The position numbers were made by a program, and so were the translations under genes. A DNA stretch of 64,000 nt from an uncultured Opitutales bacterium (GTDB taxonomy: Bacteria > Verrucomicrobiota > Verrucomicrobiia > Opitutales > CAZQIE01), in assembly GCA_964593675.1 (NCBI GenBank), contig CAZQIE010000007.1, positions 671 through 64,670 on the forward strand, given 5' to 3'. The notes beneath the pieces are model-generated. The model did no database searches and had not been told where the DNA came from. It saw only the letters and a program-made list of their open reading frames with translations. Below are positions 9,571 to 19,165 of this stretch, piece by piece (position 1 is the first letter of the stretch; each line of letters opens with the position of its first letter).

Positions 9571-9704
9571 GCGCGAGTCCTAACGAACCCGTTTTCCGAA
9601 AATAAAAGCCGGTCCAGACACGTTCTGATTCCCCTACCCTTCACCCCCACCGATTCAGGAATCCCAGCCCCGCCCGCCCGGCGCCGGGCTGTGCCCCCCA
9701 GGCA

Positions 9705-10970
9705 ATGAGCGAGAATCCCCCGAACCTTCCCGTGCTGGTCGTGGATGACGAGGAAATCATCCTCCTCGCGCTCCGCGAGACGCTTGCGCAGGAAGGCTAC
9801 CAGGTGGTCACGGTGAACAGCCCGGTGGAGGGGTTGGAAAAACTGAAGGAACAACCCTTTGCCGTCATCTTGTCAGACCAGCGTATGGCAGAGATGACGG
9901 GTCTCGAATTCCTCGCGGAGGCGAAGAAGCTCCAGCCGAGCGCAAGCCGCATCCTGATTACAGGTGTCCTCACGCTCAAGACGGTGATTGATGCCGTCAA
10001 CAAGGGCGAAATCTTCCGTTTCCTGGCGAAGCCGTGGATCCGGGAGGAACTCGTGGCGACGCTCCGGAACGCGTATCAGCGGTACGTGCTGATGGAGGCC
10101 AATGAGCGCCTTCAGGCCGACACGCTGAAGCTCAACACGCAGCTTCAAGCCGCGAACGAGGAACTGCGCCGCCGCATCCAGGAAATCTCGCAGCAGAAAA
10201 CCGAGTCGGAAGTGGCGCAGGAAGCGCTGAGACGCAATTTCGACCACTCGATCGAGCTTTGTTACCGCCTCATTTCGACGTTCTACCCGATCCTCGGTGC
10301 CCAGACGAAGGCGATCGTTGATATCTGCCAGTTGATCTGCGACAGCGGGCACCTTGATGAAACGGAGCAGCGCGTCCTGAAAGTCGCGGCTTGGCTGCAA
10401 AATATCGGGCTTATCGGCATTTCCCGTGAAGTGCTGTCGCGCTATTTCAAGAGCCCCGAGACGCTCACGGAGCGGGAGGAAGCGCTCATACAGCACCACC
10501 CGGTTTACGGGCAGACGCTCGCCGGGTTTGTGGACAACCTCCAGGAGGTCGGAGCGACCATCCGGGCGCACCACGAGCGTTGGGACGGCCAAGGCTTTCC
10601 CGACGGGCTTGCCGCGGAAATGATTCCCCGGCCGGCGCGCTTCCTTGCCGTAGCGGTTTACTACGTTGAGTCGGGTCTCGACCGCGACCCCGCCCTGGAG
10701 GCGATTGTGGAGCAGTCGGGCAAAGCCTTTGACCCGGAAGCCGTGCGCCTCTTCCTGAAGGTCACACGGCTGGCGGCCCTGCCCAAGGCGGTGCGGGAAG
10801 TCCTTTTCTCGGAACTGCGTCCGGGCATGGTGCTGGCGCGGGGGATTTACAGCCCCGGCGGCCTGTTACTTATTCCAGAAGGTGCCTTGCTCACGGAGCA
10901 GACGTTATACAAAATCAGGGAACACAATCAAGTGGACCCGCTCGATCAACGCCTTATGGTGTTTGCCTAA
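9705..10970 (+). CDS. Response regulator with degenerate HD-GYP domain
   Basis: REC domain: VLVVDDEE, ILSDQRMAEMTG, FLAKPW. HD-GYP-like domain: HHERWDGQGFPDGL, but the HD dyad region reads AAWLQNIGLIGI and GYP reads GFP. Confidence 0.85.
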   Translation: MSENPPNLPVLVVDDEEIILLALRETLAQEGYQVVTVNSPVEGLEKLKEQPFAVILSDQRMAEMTGLEFLAEAKKLQPSASRILITGVLTLKTVIDAVNKGEIFRFLAKPWIREELVATLRNAYQRYVLMEANERLQADTLKLNTQLQAANEELRRRIQEISQQKTESEVAQEALRRNFDHSIELCYRLISTFYPILGAQTKAIVDICQLICDSGHLDETEQRVLKVAAWLQNIGLIGISREVLSRYFKSPETLTEREEALIQHHPVYGQTLAGFVDNLQEVGATIRAHHERWDGQGFPDGLAAEMIPRPARFLAVAVYYVESGLDRDPALEAIVEQSGKAFDPEAVRLFLKVTRLAALPKAVREVLFSELRPGMVLARGIYSPGGLLLIPEGALLTEQTLYKIREHNQVDPLDQRLMVFA

Positions 10971-10988
10971 CCCCGCGCAACCGCCGCG

Positions 10989-13307
10989 ATGAAAAACATC
11001 AAAGCCCTCATCGTAGAGGACGACCTGAACTCCGCCTACATCCTGAAGAAGATTCTTCTGACGGCGGGGCACGAGGTCGTTGCTGTCGCTGAGACAGGCG
11101 AGGACGCTTTGAACCGGGCGCGGGAACTGAAGCCGGACATCGTGCTGATGGACATCAACATCAAGGGCACCATGGACGGCGTGGAGGCGGCGGACGTGAT
11201 CGCGCGGGAGCAGGATCTTCCGATAATCTACCTGACGGGTTATTCGGACGATTACACGATTGAGCGCGCCAAGCGCACGGCCCCGTTCGCGTACATCCTC
11301 AAGCCGCTGCGCGAAAAGGAAGTCCTGATCACCATCCAGATGGCCATCTACAAGGCCCAGATGGACAGGAAACTCAAGGAAAGCGAGCACCGGCTTGCCG
11401 TCACGCTGGGAAGCCTGCATGACGCGGTCGTGGCCACGACGAACCAGGGCCTCATCACTTACCTGAACCCTCAAGCCGAGCGCCTGTTGAGCCTCGAACG
11501 GAAGCTTGCGGAGGGCAAAGCGCTGTCACAGGTCGTCCACATCTCCTACCGGGACACGAACGAGAAGATCCCGGACATCTACAGTTTCCTGTTCCGTGAA
11601 TCCTTTGAAAAGGCGAGGTCCCGCCCGCTCCAGCTCAACCAGCCGGGCCAACCTGCCCGCATCCTGAGCCTCAAGAGCACACCGCTCCGCGATCCGGAAG
11701 GACAGAACACGGGCTACGTGGTTGTGTTCAACGAGATCACGGACCACTACGAGGCTGAGGAAAACAACCGCATCCTCGCCACGGCGCTCGCGTCGCTGGA
11801 AGACGCCGTCATCATCACGGACGCCGACCTTTCCGAAGGCAACCCACGCATCATTTACGCCAACGCCGCGTTTGAAAAGATCACCGGCTACCCGCAGGTT
11901 GAAGCGGTAGGCCGGACGCTGGACCTGATCAGCGGGCCACGCACGGACAACGCGTTCCGGGGCCTGCTCAAGCACTCGATTGGCGCCGGGGTGCCGTTCG
12001 AAAACGAGACGTGCAATTACCGGAAGGACAAGCAGGAGTTCACCGCGCAGTGGACGGTCTCCCCGGTACATGCGGAAGACGGCCAGCTGCGCCGGCTGGT
12101 CTTCGTGCTGCGCGATATCACGCGCCTGCGCAACCTTGAGGACAACATCCGGCAAAGCCAGAAGATCGAGGCCGTGGGGCGCCTGGCAGGCGGTATCGCG
12201 CACGACTTCAACAATCTGCTGTCGGTCATCAACTCGTATTCGGACCTGCTGTCGCTGAAGCTCGATCCGGACTCGCCCTTCAACAAGTACGTCAAGAACA
12301 TCCGCACCGCCGGTCAGCGCGGAGCGGACCTGGTTTCCCAGTTGATGACGTTCAGCCGCCGGGAGTCCCACAGCCCCACGGTTGTGGACCTGGGCGAGAC
12401 GATTCAGGAGACGCAGAAACTGCTGCACCCGCTGATCCGCGAAAACATCGAGCTGGAAATCCGGATCGAAGAGAACCTGAAGCCCGTAAAGGTCGATCCC
12501 GGCCAGATCGAACAGGTACTCGTGAACCTTTGCGTCAACGCGCGCGACGCCATGTCGGGCAGCGGCCACATTACGATCGAGGTGCGGAACGTCACGCACC
12601 GGCTCGAAGCGGGCGTCACGCCCCCGCCGAACCCGCGCGCCCCGGGCGAATATGTGACGATCAGCGTCACGGACTCGGGCCACGGCATCGACGAGAAGGT
12701 GCTGCCGCACATCTTCGAGCCCTTCTTCACGACCAAGGCCGCGGGCAAGGGCACGGGCCTCGGGCTCGCCGTCGTGTATGGCATCGTCAAGCAGAGCGGT
12801 GGCTATCTGGACGTGCAGAGCAAAGTGGGCGAAGGCACGACGTTCCGCGTCTACCTGCCCGCCTACCATGCGCCGGATAACAAGCCGGTGAAAGCCGAGT
12901 CGGCCACCCCCGCCCTACCGACTCCAGAGCCCCATGGGGACGAGACGGTCCTCATTGTCGAGGACGATGAAACCTTCGCCGACTGCATTTCCGGCCTGCT
13001 AAGCCTGCACGGCTATCAGGTGCTCGTCTCCGGCGAAGGCCAGGACGCCCTTGACCGGTTTGGCGGCAAAGCGGACGAGATCAAGCTCCTGATCACCGAC
13101 ATTGTCCTGCCGAAAATTTCGGGCCGCGAAGTCGCCAGCAAGTTCCTCGAGAAGAACCCGAAGATGAAGATCCTCTTCATGTCCGGGTACGACGACGAGC
13201 TGGATTCTTTCTACTCGTTCCCGAGCGACAGCGTGCTCCTGCAGAAACCTTTCTCCCTAAACACTATTTTGGGCAAAGTACGCGAACTCCTCGACCACCC
13301 CGCCTGA
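10989..13307 (+). CDS. Hybrid sensor kinase: REC-PAS-PAS-HisKA-HATPase-REC
   Basis: N-terminal REC (ALIVEDD, VLMDINIKGTMDG), H-box GIAHDFNNLLSVI, HATPase (DSGHGID, GTGLGLA), C-terminal REC (VLIVEDDE, LLITDIVLPKISG). Confidence 0.9.
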   Translation: MKNIKALIVEDDLNSAYILKKILLTAGHEVVAVAETGEDALNRARELKPDIVLMDINIKGTMDGVEAADVIAREQDLPIIYLTGYSDDYTIERAKRTAPFAYILKPLREKEVLITIQMAIYKAQMDRKLKESEHRLAVTLGSLHDAVVATTNQGLITYLNPQAERLLSLERKLAEGKALSQVVHISYRDTNEKIPDIYSFLFRESFEKARSRPLQLNQPGQPARILSLKSTPLRDPEGQNTGYVVVFNEITDHYEAEENNRILATALASLEDAVIITDADLSEGNPRIIYANAAFEKITGYPQVEAVGRTLDLISGPRTDNAFRGLLKHSIGAGVPFENETCNYRKDKQEFTAQWTVSPVHAEDGQLRRLVFVLRDITRLRNLEDNIRQSQKIEAVGRLAGGIAHDFNNLLSVINSYSDLLSLKLDPDSPFNKYVKNIRTAGQRGADLVSQLMTFSRRESHSPTVVDLGETIQETQKLLHPLIRENIELEIRIEENLKPVKVDPGQIEQVLVNLCVNARDAMSGSGHITIEVRNVTHRLEAGVTPPPNPRAPGEYVTISVTDSGHGIDEKVLPHIFEPFFTTKAAGKGTGLGLAVVYGIVKQSGGYLDVQSKVGEGTTFRVYLPAYHAPDNKPVKAESATPALPTPEPHGDETVLIVEDDETFADCISGLLSLHGYQVLVSGEGQDALDRFGGKADEIKLLITDIVLPKISGREVASKFLEKNPKMKILFMSGYDDELDSFYSFPSDSVLLQKPFSLNTILGKVRELLDHPA

Positions 13308-13350
13308 GCTCCGTGCGCCGCCCTCCATCGCAGCCACCTCCTTCCCTACC

Positions 13351-15912
13351 ATGCCCCTCAGCGAAAAACTGCTCACCGACCTTGAGTCCACGCTCAACAA
13401 GATCGCCACGGAGATGGTTCTGGCGCAGCCGGGAAAGGACGACGGCATGGTCCCGGTGTACGCGCTGTTGCGCGAGATCGAACCGATCGGCGTGGATGAC
13501 GCCATTGTGGGCGAATCCGTCAGCAACGTGCAGCAGGCGATGGATGCGCTGATGGACGCAGGCCAGCCTTTCGACCAGGCCACCCTGGATTACGTCACCC
13601 AGTTTGTTTCGTGGGCGGAGGCTGCAATCCGGGCCTACCGGCAAGGGCAGGAGGATGAGATCGGGCCGTTCCCGCCCATGCACGCGGGGCCGATAGCCGT
13701 GGCTTCCCACGGCGCGACGTCGGACAACGCCGTCGAAGACGCCGCAAGCCGCATCGCCACCGAGATTTCACTCGCCCAGGCGGGAACGGATCAGGGCCTC
13801 ATCCCCACTTACTCGCTCGCGGGTGACCTCGCCGACACCAGCGCCGGCAACCCTTCGCTCGCGCAGTCTGCGCAGAACCTGCGCGCGGCCCTGGGCGCGC
13901 TGCTTGATCAGGGCAAGCCCTGGGACCAGCCAACACTGGACTACGCCACCGCCTTCTCCGCCTGGGCCGAGAAGCACATGGCGAACCTGAAGGCCGGCAA
14001 GGAAGTCCCGGCATTTGCGCCAATGCCCGGCCTGGAAACAGCCCCGGCCGCGCCTGCAGCCCCGGAAGCCGCGCCCCTCGCGGCGGCAACGGACGCCGTT
14101 GAACAGGGATGCGCCCTCGACGGTGAGGTCGACGTCCTGCTGGACCTGAACCTTGGCGCCGATACCGAACTGCTTTCCGAGTTCCACTCCGAGGCGCTCG
14201 ACCACCTGGAGCAGATTGAGGCCGCCTTGCTCGTCCTCGAAAATTCCCCGCGCGACAAGGAAAGCCTCAATTCCATTTTCCGTTCGTTCCACACCATCAA
14301 AGGTGTGTCGGGGTTCCTCCACCTCGTGCCGATCCAGGCGTTGTCCCACGAAGTCGAGTCCCTCCTCGACCACGCGCGCAACGCGAAGCTGGTGCTGAAT
14401 TCGGCGATGATCACGGCCATTCTGCAAAGCCGCGACGCGATCCAGGCACTCGTACACCAGATTACCGATGCGCTTGAGAAGGGCGCGGTGCCCGACAAGA
14501 TTGTCCCCGTCTCGCACCTGATAAAGAAGGTGAAGCAGGCTGCCGCGGAAGGGCTTCAGCGCGGAGTAACGGCGGCAACCGAGACGGCGTCTGCCGCCCC
14601 GTCTGCCGCGGCCGCTGCAAAGGAAACCGCCCAGGAAGCCGCATTCTTTGGAGATTCCCGCGCAAATGGCGCCGCCGTGGAGGTCGCAGACGAACCTGCT
14701 GCCGCCGCGGAAGCCCCCGCTGCGGAGGGCGAACCGTCCGCCAAGGCCACCGGCGAGCGCTCCACCATCCGCGTCAACACGCTGAAGCTCGACAACCTCA
14801 TGGACACGGTGGGCGAGCTCGTGATCGTGCAAAGCCAGCTTGAGGAAAGCGCGCGGGAAGTGGCGACGGAGAACTCGAACCTGCAGCGCAACCTGGCCCA
14901 GCTTTCGCGCATCACCAAAGAGCTGCAGCACACCTCGATGGCCCTCCGCATGGTGCCCATCAAGCCGACCTTCCAGAAGACCAGCCGCATCGTGCGCGAC
15001 CTCGCGCGCCAGATGAAAAAGAAGGTCAACTACCACGTGGAAGGTGAGGACACCGAACTCGACCGCAACGTGGTGGAGCAGATTGGAGACCCGCTCGTTC
15101 ACATGGTGCGCAACGCCATTGACCACGGCATCGAGGACCCCACGGACCGCGTGGCCAGCGGCAAGGAGGAGACGGGGAACTTCTATCTGAAGGCCTACCA
15201 CATGGGCAGCAACATCGTGATCGAGGTCGGCGACGACGGCCGCGGCATCGACACGACCAAGGTGCTTGCCAAGGCGCGGAACAAGGGCCTTGTGCCCGAG
15301 AACCAGCAGTTCTCCCGCGAGGAGATTTACCAGTTCCTGTTCCTGCCGGGTTTCTCGACCGCGGAGAAGATCACGGAAGTTTCGGGCCGGGGCGTGGGCA
15401 TGGACGTCGTGAAGCGCAACATCGAGAAGCTGCGTGGCACGATCGAGATCGAATCGGAACTCGGCAAGGGCTCCGTATTCAAGATCAAGCTGCCGCTCAC
15501 CATGGCCATCATTGACGGCCTCGTGGTGCGCGTGGGCGCGGACAAGTTCATCCTCCCGACGACCTCGGTGAGCCTGGCGCTGCGTTGCACAAAGGAGCAG
15601 ATCACGAAGATCCAGGGGCGTGCGGAGGTGCTCGACCTGCGCGGCAAGACCGTCCCGATCATCCGCCTGCATCAGCGCTTCAACATCCCGACCGAGATCA
15701 CGAGCGTCACTGACGGCATCGTGGTGATTATCGAGAGTTTCGGGAAACTCTACGGCCTGCTCGTGGACGACATGGTCAGCAAGCAGGAAGTCGTCATCAA
15801 GTCCCTGGGGAACCTGTTCCACCAGCTCCCGGGTGTGGCGGGTGGCGCCATCCTGGGCGACGGCACGATCGCGCTGATCCTCGACCCGTCCTCGCTCGTC
15901 GCCGCACGGTAA
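13351..15912 (+). CDS. cheA: Chemotaxis histidine kinase CheA with extended duplicated N-terminus
   Basis: Hpt FRSFHTIKGVSGF, kinase core HMVRNAIDHGIE / GDDGRGID / GRGVGMDVV, C-terminal CheW-like domain IIDGLVVRVG...GDGTIALILD. Confidence 0.9.
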   Translation: MPLSEKLLTDLESTLNKIATEMVLAQPGKDDGMVPVYALLREIEPIGVDDAIVGESVSNVQQAMDALMDAGQPFDQATLDYVTQFVSWAEAAIRAYRQGQEDEIGPFPPMHAGPIAVASHGATSDNAVEDAASRIATEISLAQAGTDQGLIPTYSLAGDLADTSAGNPSLAQSAQNLRAALGALLDQGKPWDQPTLDYATAFSAWAEKHMANLKAGKEVPAFAPMPGLETAPAAPAAPEAAPLAAATDAVEQGCALDGEVDVLLDLNLGADTELLSEFHSEALDHLEQIEAALLVLENSPRDKESLNSIFRSFHTIKGVSGFLHLVPIQALSHEVESLLDHARNAKLVLNSAMITAILQSRDAIQALVHQITDALEKGAVPDKIVPVSHLIKKVKQAAAEGLQRGVTAATETASAAPSAAAAAKETAQEAAFFGDSRANGAAVEVADEPAAAAEAPAAEGEPSAKATGERSTIRVNTLKLDNLMDTVGELVIVQSQLEESAREVATENSNLQRNLAQLSRITKELQHTSMALRMVPIKPTFQKTSRIVRDLARQMKKKVNYHVEGEDTELDRNVVEQIGDPLVHMVRNAIDHGIEDPTDRVASGKEETGNFYLKAYHMGSNIVIEVGDDGRGIDTTKVLAKARNKGLVPENQQFSREEIYQFLFLPGFSTAEKITEVSGRGVGMDVVKRNIEKLRGTIEIESELGKGSVFKIKLPLTMAIIDGLVVRVGADKFILPTTSVSLALRCTKEQITKIQGRAEVLDLRGKTVPIIRLHQRFNIPTEITSVTDGIVVIIESFGKLYGLLVDDMVSKQEVVIKSLGNLFHQLPGVAGGAILGDGTIALILDPSSLVAAR
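13360..13680 (+). repeat. CheA N-terminal repeat 1 (aa 4-110)
   Basis: KIATEMVLAQPGKDDGMVPVYAL...GQPFDQATLDYVTQFVSWAE aligns by eye with repeat 2. Confidence 0.75.
13720..14025 (+). repeat. CheA N-terminal repeat 2 (aa 124-225)
   Basis: RIATEISLAQAGTDQGLIPTYSL...GKPWDQPTLDYATAFSAWAE. There is no His at an Hpt-like position. Confidence 0.75.
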
Positions 15913-16111
15913 CGGGTCGAGGCGCCCACTCAGTCCCCCACCCCGGGTGCCCGGCGACGGGAGCTGCGCTGGGGCGTCGCAGAAAGGCGGCGTGGCGGAA
16001 GCATGCCAGAGCGCCCTGCGATTCCCGTGGTGGAAGCCCAAAGGCGGAGCTTGGAATGCGGGGAAAAACCTGCCATATTCCGCCGCCAATCAAACCTTTC
16101 CGGACATTGTT

Positions 16112-16813
16112 ATGAAGCGCCTGCTGTACGTCGCCTTGGCCCTCGCTGCCTGTGCCCTCCCCTCCGCCGCGCAAGTGGTGGCGCCCACTCCGGCCACGCC
16201 GGATGTGAAAAAGCCCGCCACCCCTGCGGAACAGCCCGTCACCACGCCGGCGCCCACCCAGATTTTCCAGTATAAGAACGGCACCCGTTCCAAGGGCATC
16301 CTCGCCCGCACGAACTGGACCTACGATGCCGCGACGGACTCTTTCATCCAGCGCGGAACCAGCATGGTCTTTCCGGGCCGTATCGGCGAGTTCGTACGTG
16401 TCCGCGTCACCTACTTCGACGACGACGGCAACAACACCAGTTTCTCTTACGTTCACCCGCAGAGCCGCGCCCTCGTCACGCTTCACACCTACCAGGCCAA
16501 GGGCGGGACGAGTCTGGAGGACAATGTTGAGGTCCACTTCAAGGACCACCAGAAGGACGTAGGCGACCGACACGACGGCAAGTTTGTCGCCACCGGCGAG
16601 GCCACCCTCGTCCGCGAAGGCACGACGTATCCGGGCAAGGCCGGCCATTACGAGACCAGCGTGGCCCGCCAGAAGGCTGAAGGTGACCTGTTCATCTTCA
16701 AGATGAAGGACCGCTACCTGAAGGTCCGCGCCGTCCACCCGGCGTCGGATGCCAACGCGAAACAGCAAGTGCAGGATTTCCTCGCCAAGTGGGGCATCCA
16801 GCGCGCGAGCTAG
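16112..16813 (+). CDS. Secreted hypothetical protein
   Basis: The internal ATG at 16112 of ORF 15947..16813 gives the signal peptide MKRLLYVALALAACALPSAAQ, followed by a Pro/Thr-rich linker. I recognise no family. Confidence 0.55.
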   Translation: MKRLLYVALALAACALPSAAQVVAPTPATPDVKKPATPAEQPVTTPAPTQIFQYKNGTRSKGILARTNWTYDAATDSFIQRGTSMVFPGRIGEFVRVRVTYFDDDGNNTSFSYVHPQSRALVTLHTYQAKGGTSLEDNVEVHFKDHQKDVGDRHDGKFVATGEATLVREGTTYPGKAGHYETSVARQKAEGDLFIFKMKDRYLKVRAVHPASDANAKQQVQDFLAKWGIQRAS

Positions 16814-16893
16814 GCCGCCCGTTCTCCATCCCCGCCCGCTTTAGCAGCCCCCGGGTCGCCCGGAGGCACAACCTTCCGATTTCTCCCCCTGCC

Positions 16894-18315
16894 ATGGACC
16901 AGATTCCCAACGTACTCGCCAGCCGCTATGCCTCCCGTGACATGCAGGCCATTTGGAGCGCCCGCGGCCGCATCGTCCTCGAACGCGAATTCTGGATCGC
17001 CATCCTCAAGGCCCAGCGCGACCTCGGCCTGAACATTCCGGCTGAAGCCATCACCGCCTACGAGCGGGCCAAGGACAACGTCGATCTGTCCTCCATCCGC
17101 AACCGCGAACAGGTGACGCGGCACGATGTGAAGGCACGCATCGAGGAGTTCTGCGATCTGGCGGGGCACGAGCACATACACAAGGGCCTGACGAGCCGGG
17201 ACCTGACCGAGAGCGTGGAACAGCTCCAGGTATACCACGCGCTTGAGTTCACCCGCAAAAAGGCGGTGGCCGCCGCAAACGCGCTCGCCCGCCGCGCCGA
17301 CGAGACCCGCGCCATCGTCCTTACCGCGCGCACGCACAACGTCGCCGCGCAACCCACCACTTTCGGCAAGCGTCTGGCGATGTTCGGGGAAGACCTGCTT
17401 CGCGGCATCGACCGCGTGGACCAGAGCTTCAACACCTACGCCGTCCGCGGGCTCAAAGGCGCCGTCGGCACGCAGCTCGACCAGCTTACGCTTTTCGCTG
17501 GCGACGCCGCGAAGGTGGCCGCCCTCGAGCAGCGCGTGCTCGCGCACCTCGGCATTCCCCGCGTGTTTGAGAACGTGGGCCAGGTGTACCCGCGGAGCCT
17601 CGACTTTGAAATCGTCAGCGCGCTGTACCAACTCGGCAGCGGCCCGTCGTGCTTCGCGAAGACGCTGCGCCTGATGGCCGGCCACGAGCTTGCCAGCGAA
17701 GGCTTCGCGCCCGGCCAGGTCGGGTCCTCCGCGATGCCGCACAAGATGAACAGCCGCAGCTGCGAGCGCCTGAATGGCCTCCACGTGATCCTGCGCGGTT
17801 ACATGGAAATGGCAGCGGGCCTAGCGGGCGACCAGTGGAACGAGGGCGACGTGTCCTGCTCTGTCGTCCGGCGCGTGATGCTGCCCGACAGTTTCTTTGC
17901 CATCGATGGGCTTTTTGAAACCTTCCTCGTCATCCTCGCGCAGATGGAGGTGAACCCGGCCGTCGTAGACCGCGAGCTTCGCCATTACCTGCCGTTCCTC
18001 GCCACAACGACCGTGCTCATGGAAGCCGTCAAGGCGGGCGTCGGCCGTGAAACCGCGCACGAGGCAATCAAGGAACACGCGGTGGCGGCCTCGAGAGCCC
18101 TGCGCTCCGGTGCGCCTGAGAACGACCTTGTTGACCGACTCGCCGCGGACGCGCGCCTGAACCTGTCGAAGGCGCGACTCGGTGCGATCATGGAGGAGGC
18201 GCGCCGCGCGACCGGTGCGGCCTCGGCCCAGGTGGACGCCTATGTGCGCCAGGCGGCATCGTGGATGGACCGCGTGCCCGGCGCACGGGACATCAAGGCC
18301 GGCCGCATCCTGTAA
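16894..18315 (+). CDS. purB: Adenylosuccinate lyase
   Basis: ATG at 16894 (MDQIPNVLASRYAS). Fumarate-lyase signature SSAMPHKMNSRSCE. About 473 aa. Confidence 0.9.
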   Translation: MDQIPNVLASRYASRDMQAIWSARGRIVLEREFWIAILKAQRDLGLNIPAEAITAYERAKDNVDLSSIRNREQVTRHDVKARIEEFCDLAGHEHIHKGLTSRDLTESVEQLQVYHALEFTRKKAVAAANALARRADETRAIVLTARTHNVAAQPTTFGKRLAMFGEDLLRGIDRVDQSFNTYAVRGLKGAVGTQLDQLTLFAGDAAKVAALEQRVLAHLGIPRVFENVGQVYPRSLDFEIVSALYQLGSGPSCFAKTLRLMAGHELASEGFAPGQVGSSAMPHKMNSRSCERLNGLHVILRGYMEMAAGLAGDQWNEGDVSCSVVRRVMLPDSFFAIDGLFETFLVILAQMEVNPAVVDRELRHYLPFLATTTVLMEAVKAGVGRETAHEAIKEHAVAASRALRSGAPENDLVDRLAADARLNLSKARLGAIMEEARRATGAASAQVDAYVRQAASWMDRVPGARDIKAGRIL

Positions 18316-18565
18316 GACGAGCGGCGGCGTCACGGCGCCCGCACACCTGCGTCCCCGGACCAAAGAAAGTACCCGGGGCTGGCTGTGATCCGGCTGCGCC
18401 GCCCCAAAGCAGTTCCACTTCAGGTTGTCGCTCGTGCCGATGCCGCGGCGAGCGTGGACGCCCTCGCATCGGCGCTGGCGAAAAAGGCCCAGCTATTGAT
18501 GCGACAATTAAACTGTGTGTGCTCCACGGGGTTGGGCTTTCTCTTTTGGCGAAGCCCGAAAAGGG

Positions 18566-18952
18566 TCAGCTCGCCTGGCGCAACGGGCGTTCATTGCCCT
18601 CGTCACGCGAGCGCAGGAAATTCGCCCACTCGAGGTCGAGCAACTGCAAGACCCAGCCCAAACCCGGACGGCTTCCGGTCGCACGCTCCATGGCGTAGAA
18701 GGCGGCCTCTGCTGTCCAGTGCTGGGCATCGTGCGGGTCGTCAACACTCTCGGTATCCAGTGCCGCGCGAACGCGCTCAAGGCGACGCGCCAGAAAGGCG
18801 CGGTCTTCGTTGGCCAGCCCCAGCTCCGTCGCGAGGGCCTGCTCCGCAGCCCGAAGCCGCCGGGAGAGGATGGCACGGGCGTTGGAGGCCCCGCGGGAAG
18901 TCGGGGCTTCGGACAACGGTATGCATGTCTCTTCAGGTGACGCGGTGCTCAT
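18566..18952 (-). CDS. Hypothetical small protein
   Basis: ATG at 18952 (MSTASPEETCIPL...). Codon usage is compatible with neighbouring genes. No recognisable motif. Confidence 0.3.
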   Translation of the reverse strand: MSTASPEETCIPLSEAPTSRGASNARAILSRRLRAAEQALATELGLANEDRAFLARRLERVRAALDTESVDDPHDAQHWTAEAAFYAMERATGSRPGLGWVLQLLDLEWANFLRSRDEGNERPLRQAS

Positions 18953-19165
18953 GGGGGGAGTATATTCGATTGCAGCGGAAGGGCGCGCGGTCATGTGCGA
19001 CCGGGCCCACGTAGAATTGGATACAGCAATCGGCCAATTATTCCCGCGCTTGAAGGGCCAGTGACGTTTTTCCCCGGCGCCTCGGGGCAGGCGCAATAAA
19101 TCAGCACAGCGAGCGGAACGCTCAAGAGGCTTGGGAATACCGGGTCGGTCTTTCCCGCTGGCGCG

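Noticed and set aside
13768-16089. Very long antisense ORFs. Examples: 773 aa opposite cheA, 694 aa at 54120..56204 opposite the GH95-like gene, 553 aa at 59470..61131 opposite GH3, 512 aa at 28685..30223, 468 aa at 25727..27133.
   Set aside because: These are typical shadow ORFs of GC-rich DNA. Their translations are Arg/Gly/Ala/Pro-rich low-complexity with no motifs. The opposite strand in each case encodes a protein with clear family signatures.
18385-19014. The 209-aa plus-strand ORF (and overlapping ORFs) in the purB-downstream region.
   Set aside because: The translation is Arg/Pro/Ala-rich low complexity. The minus-strand ORF 18566..18952 has more gene-like codon usage, but it is itself only weakly supported.
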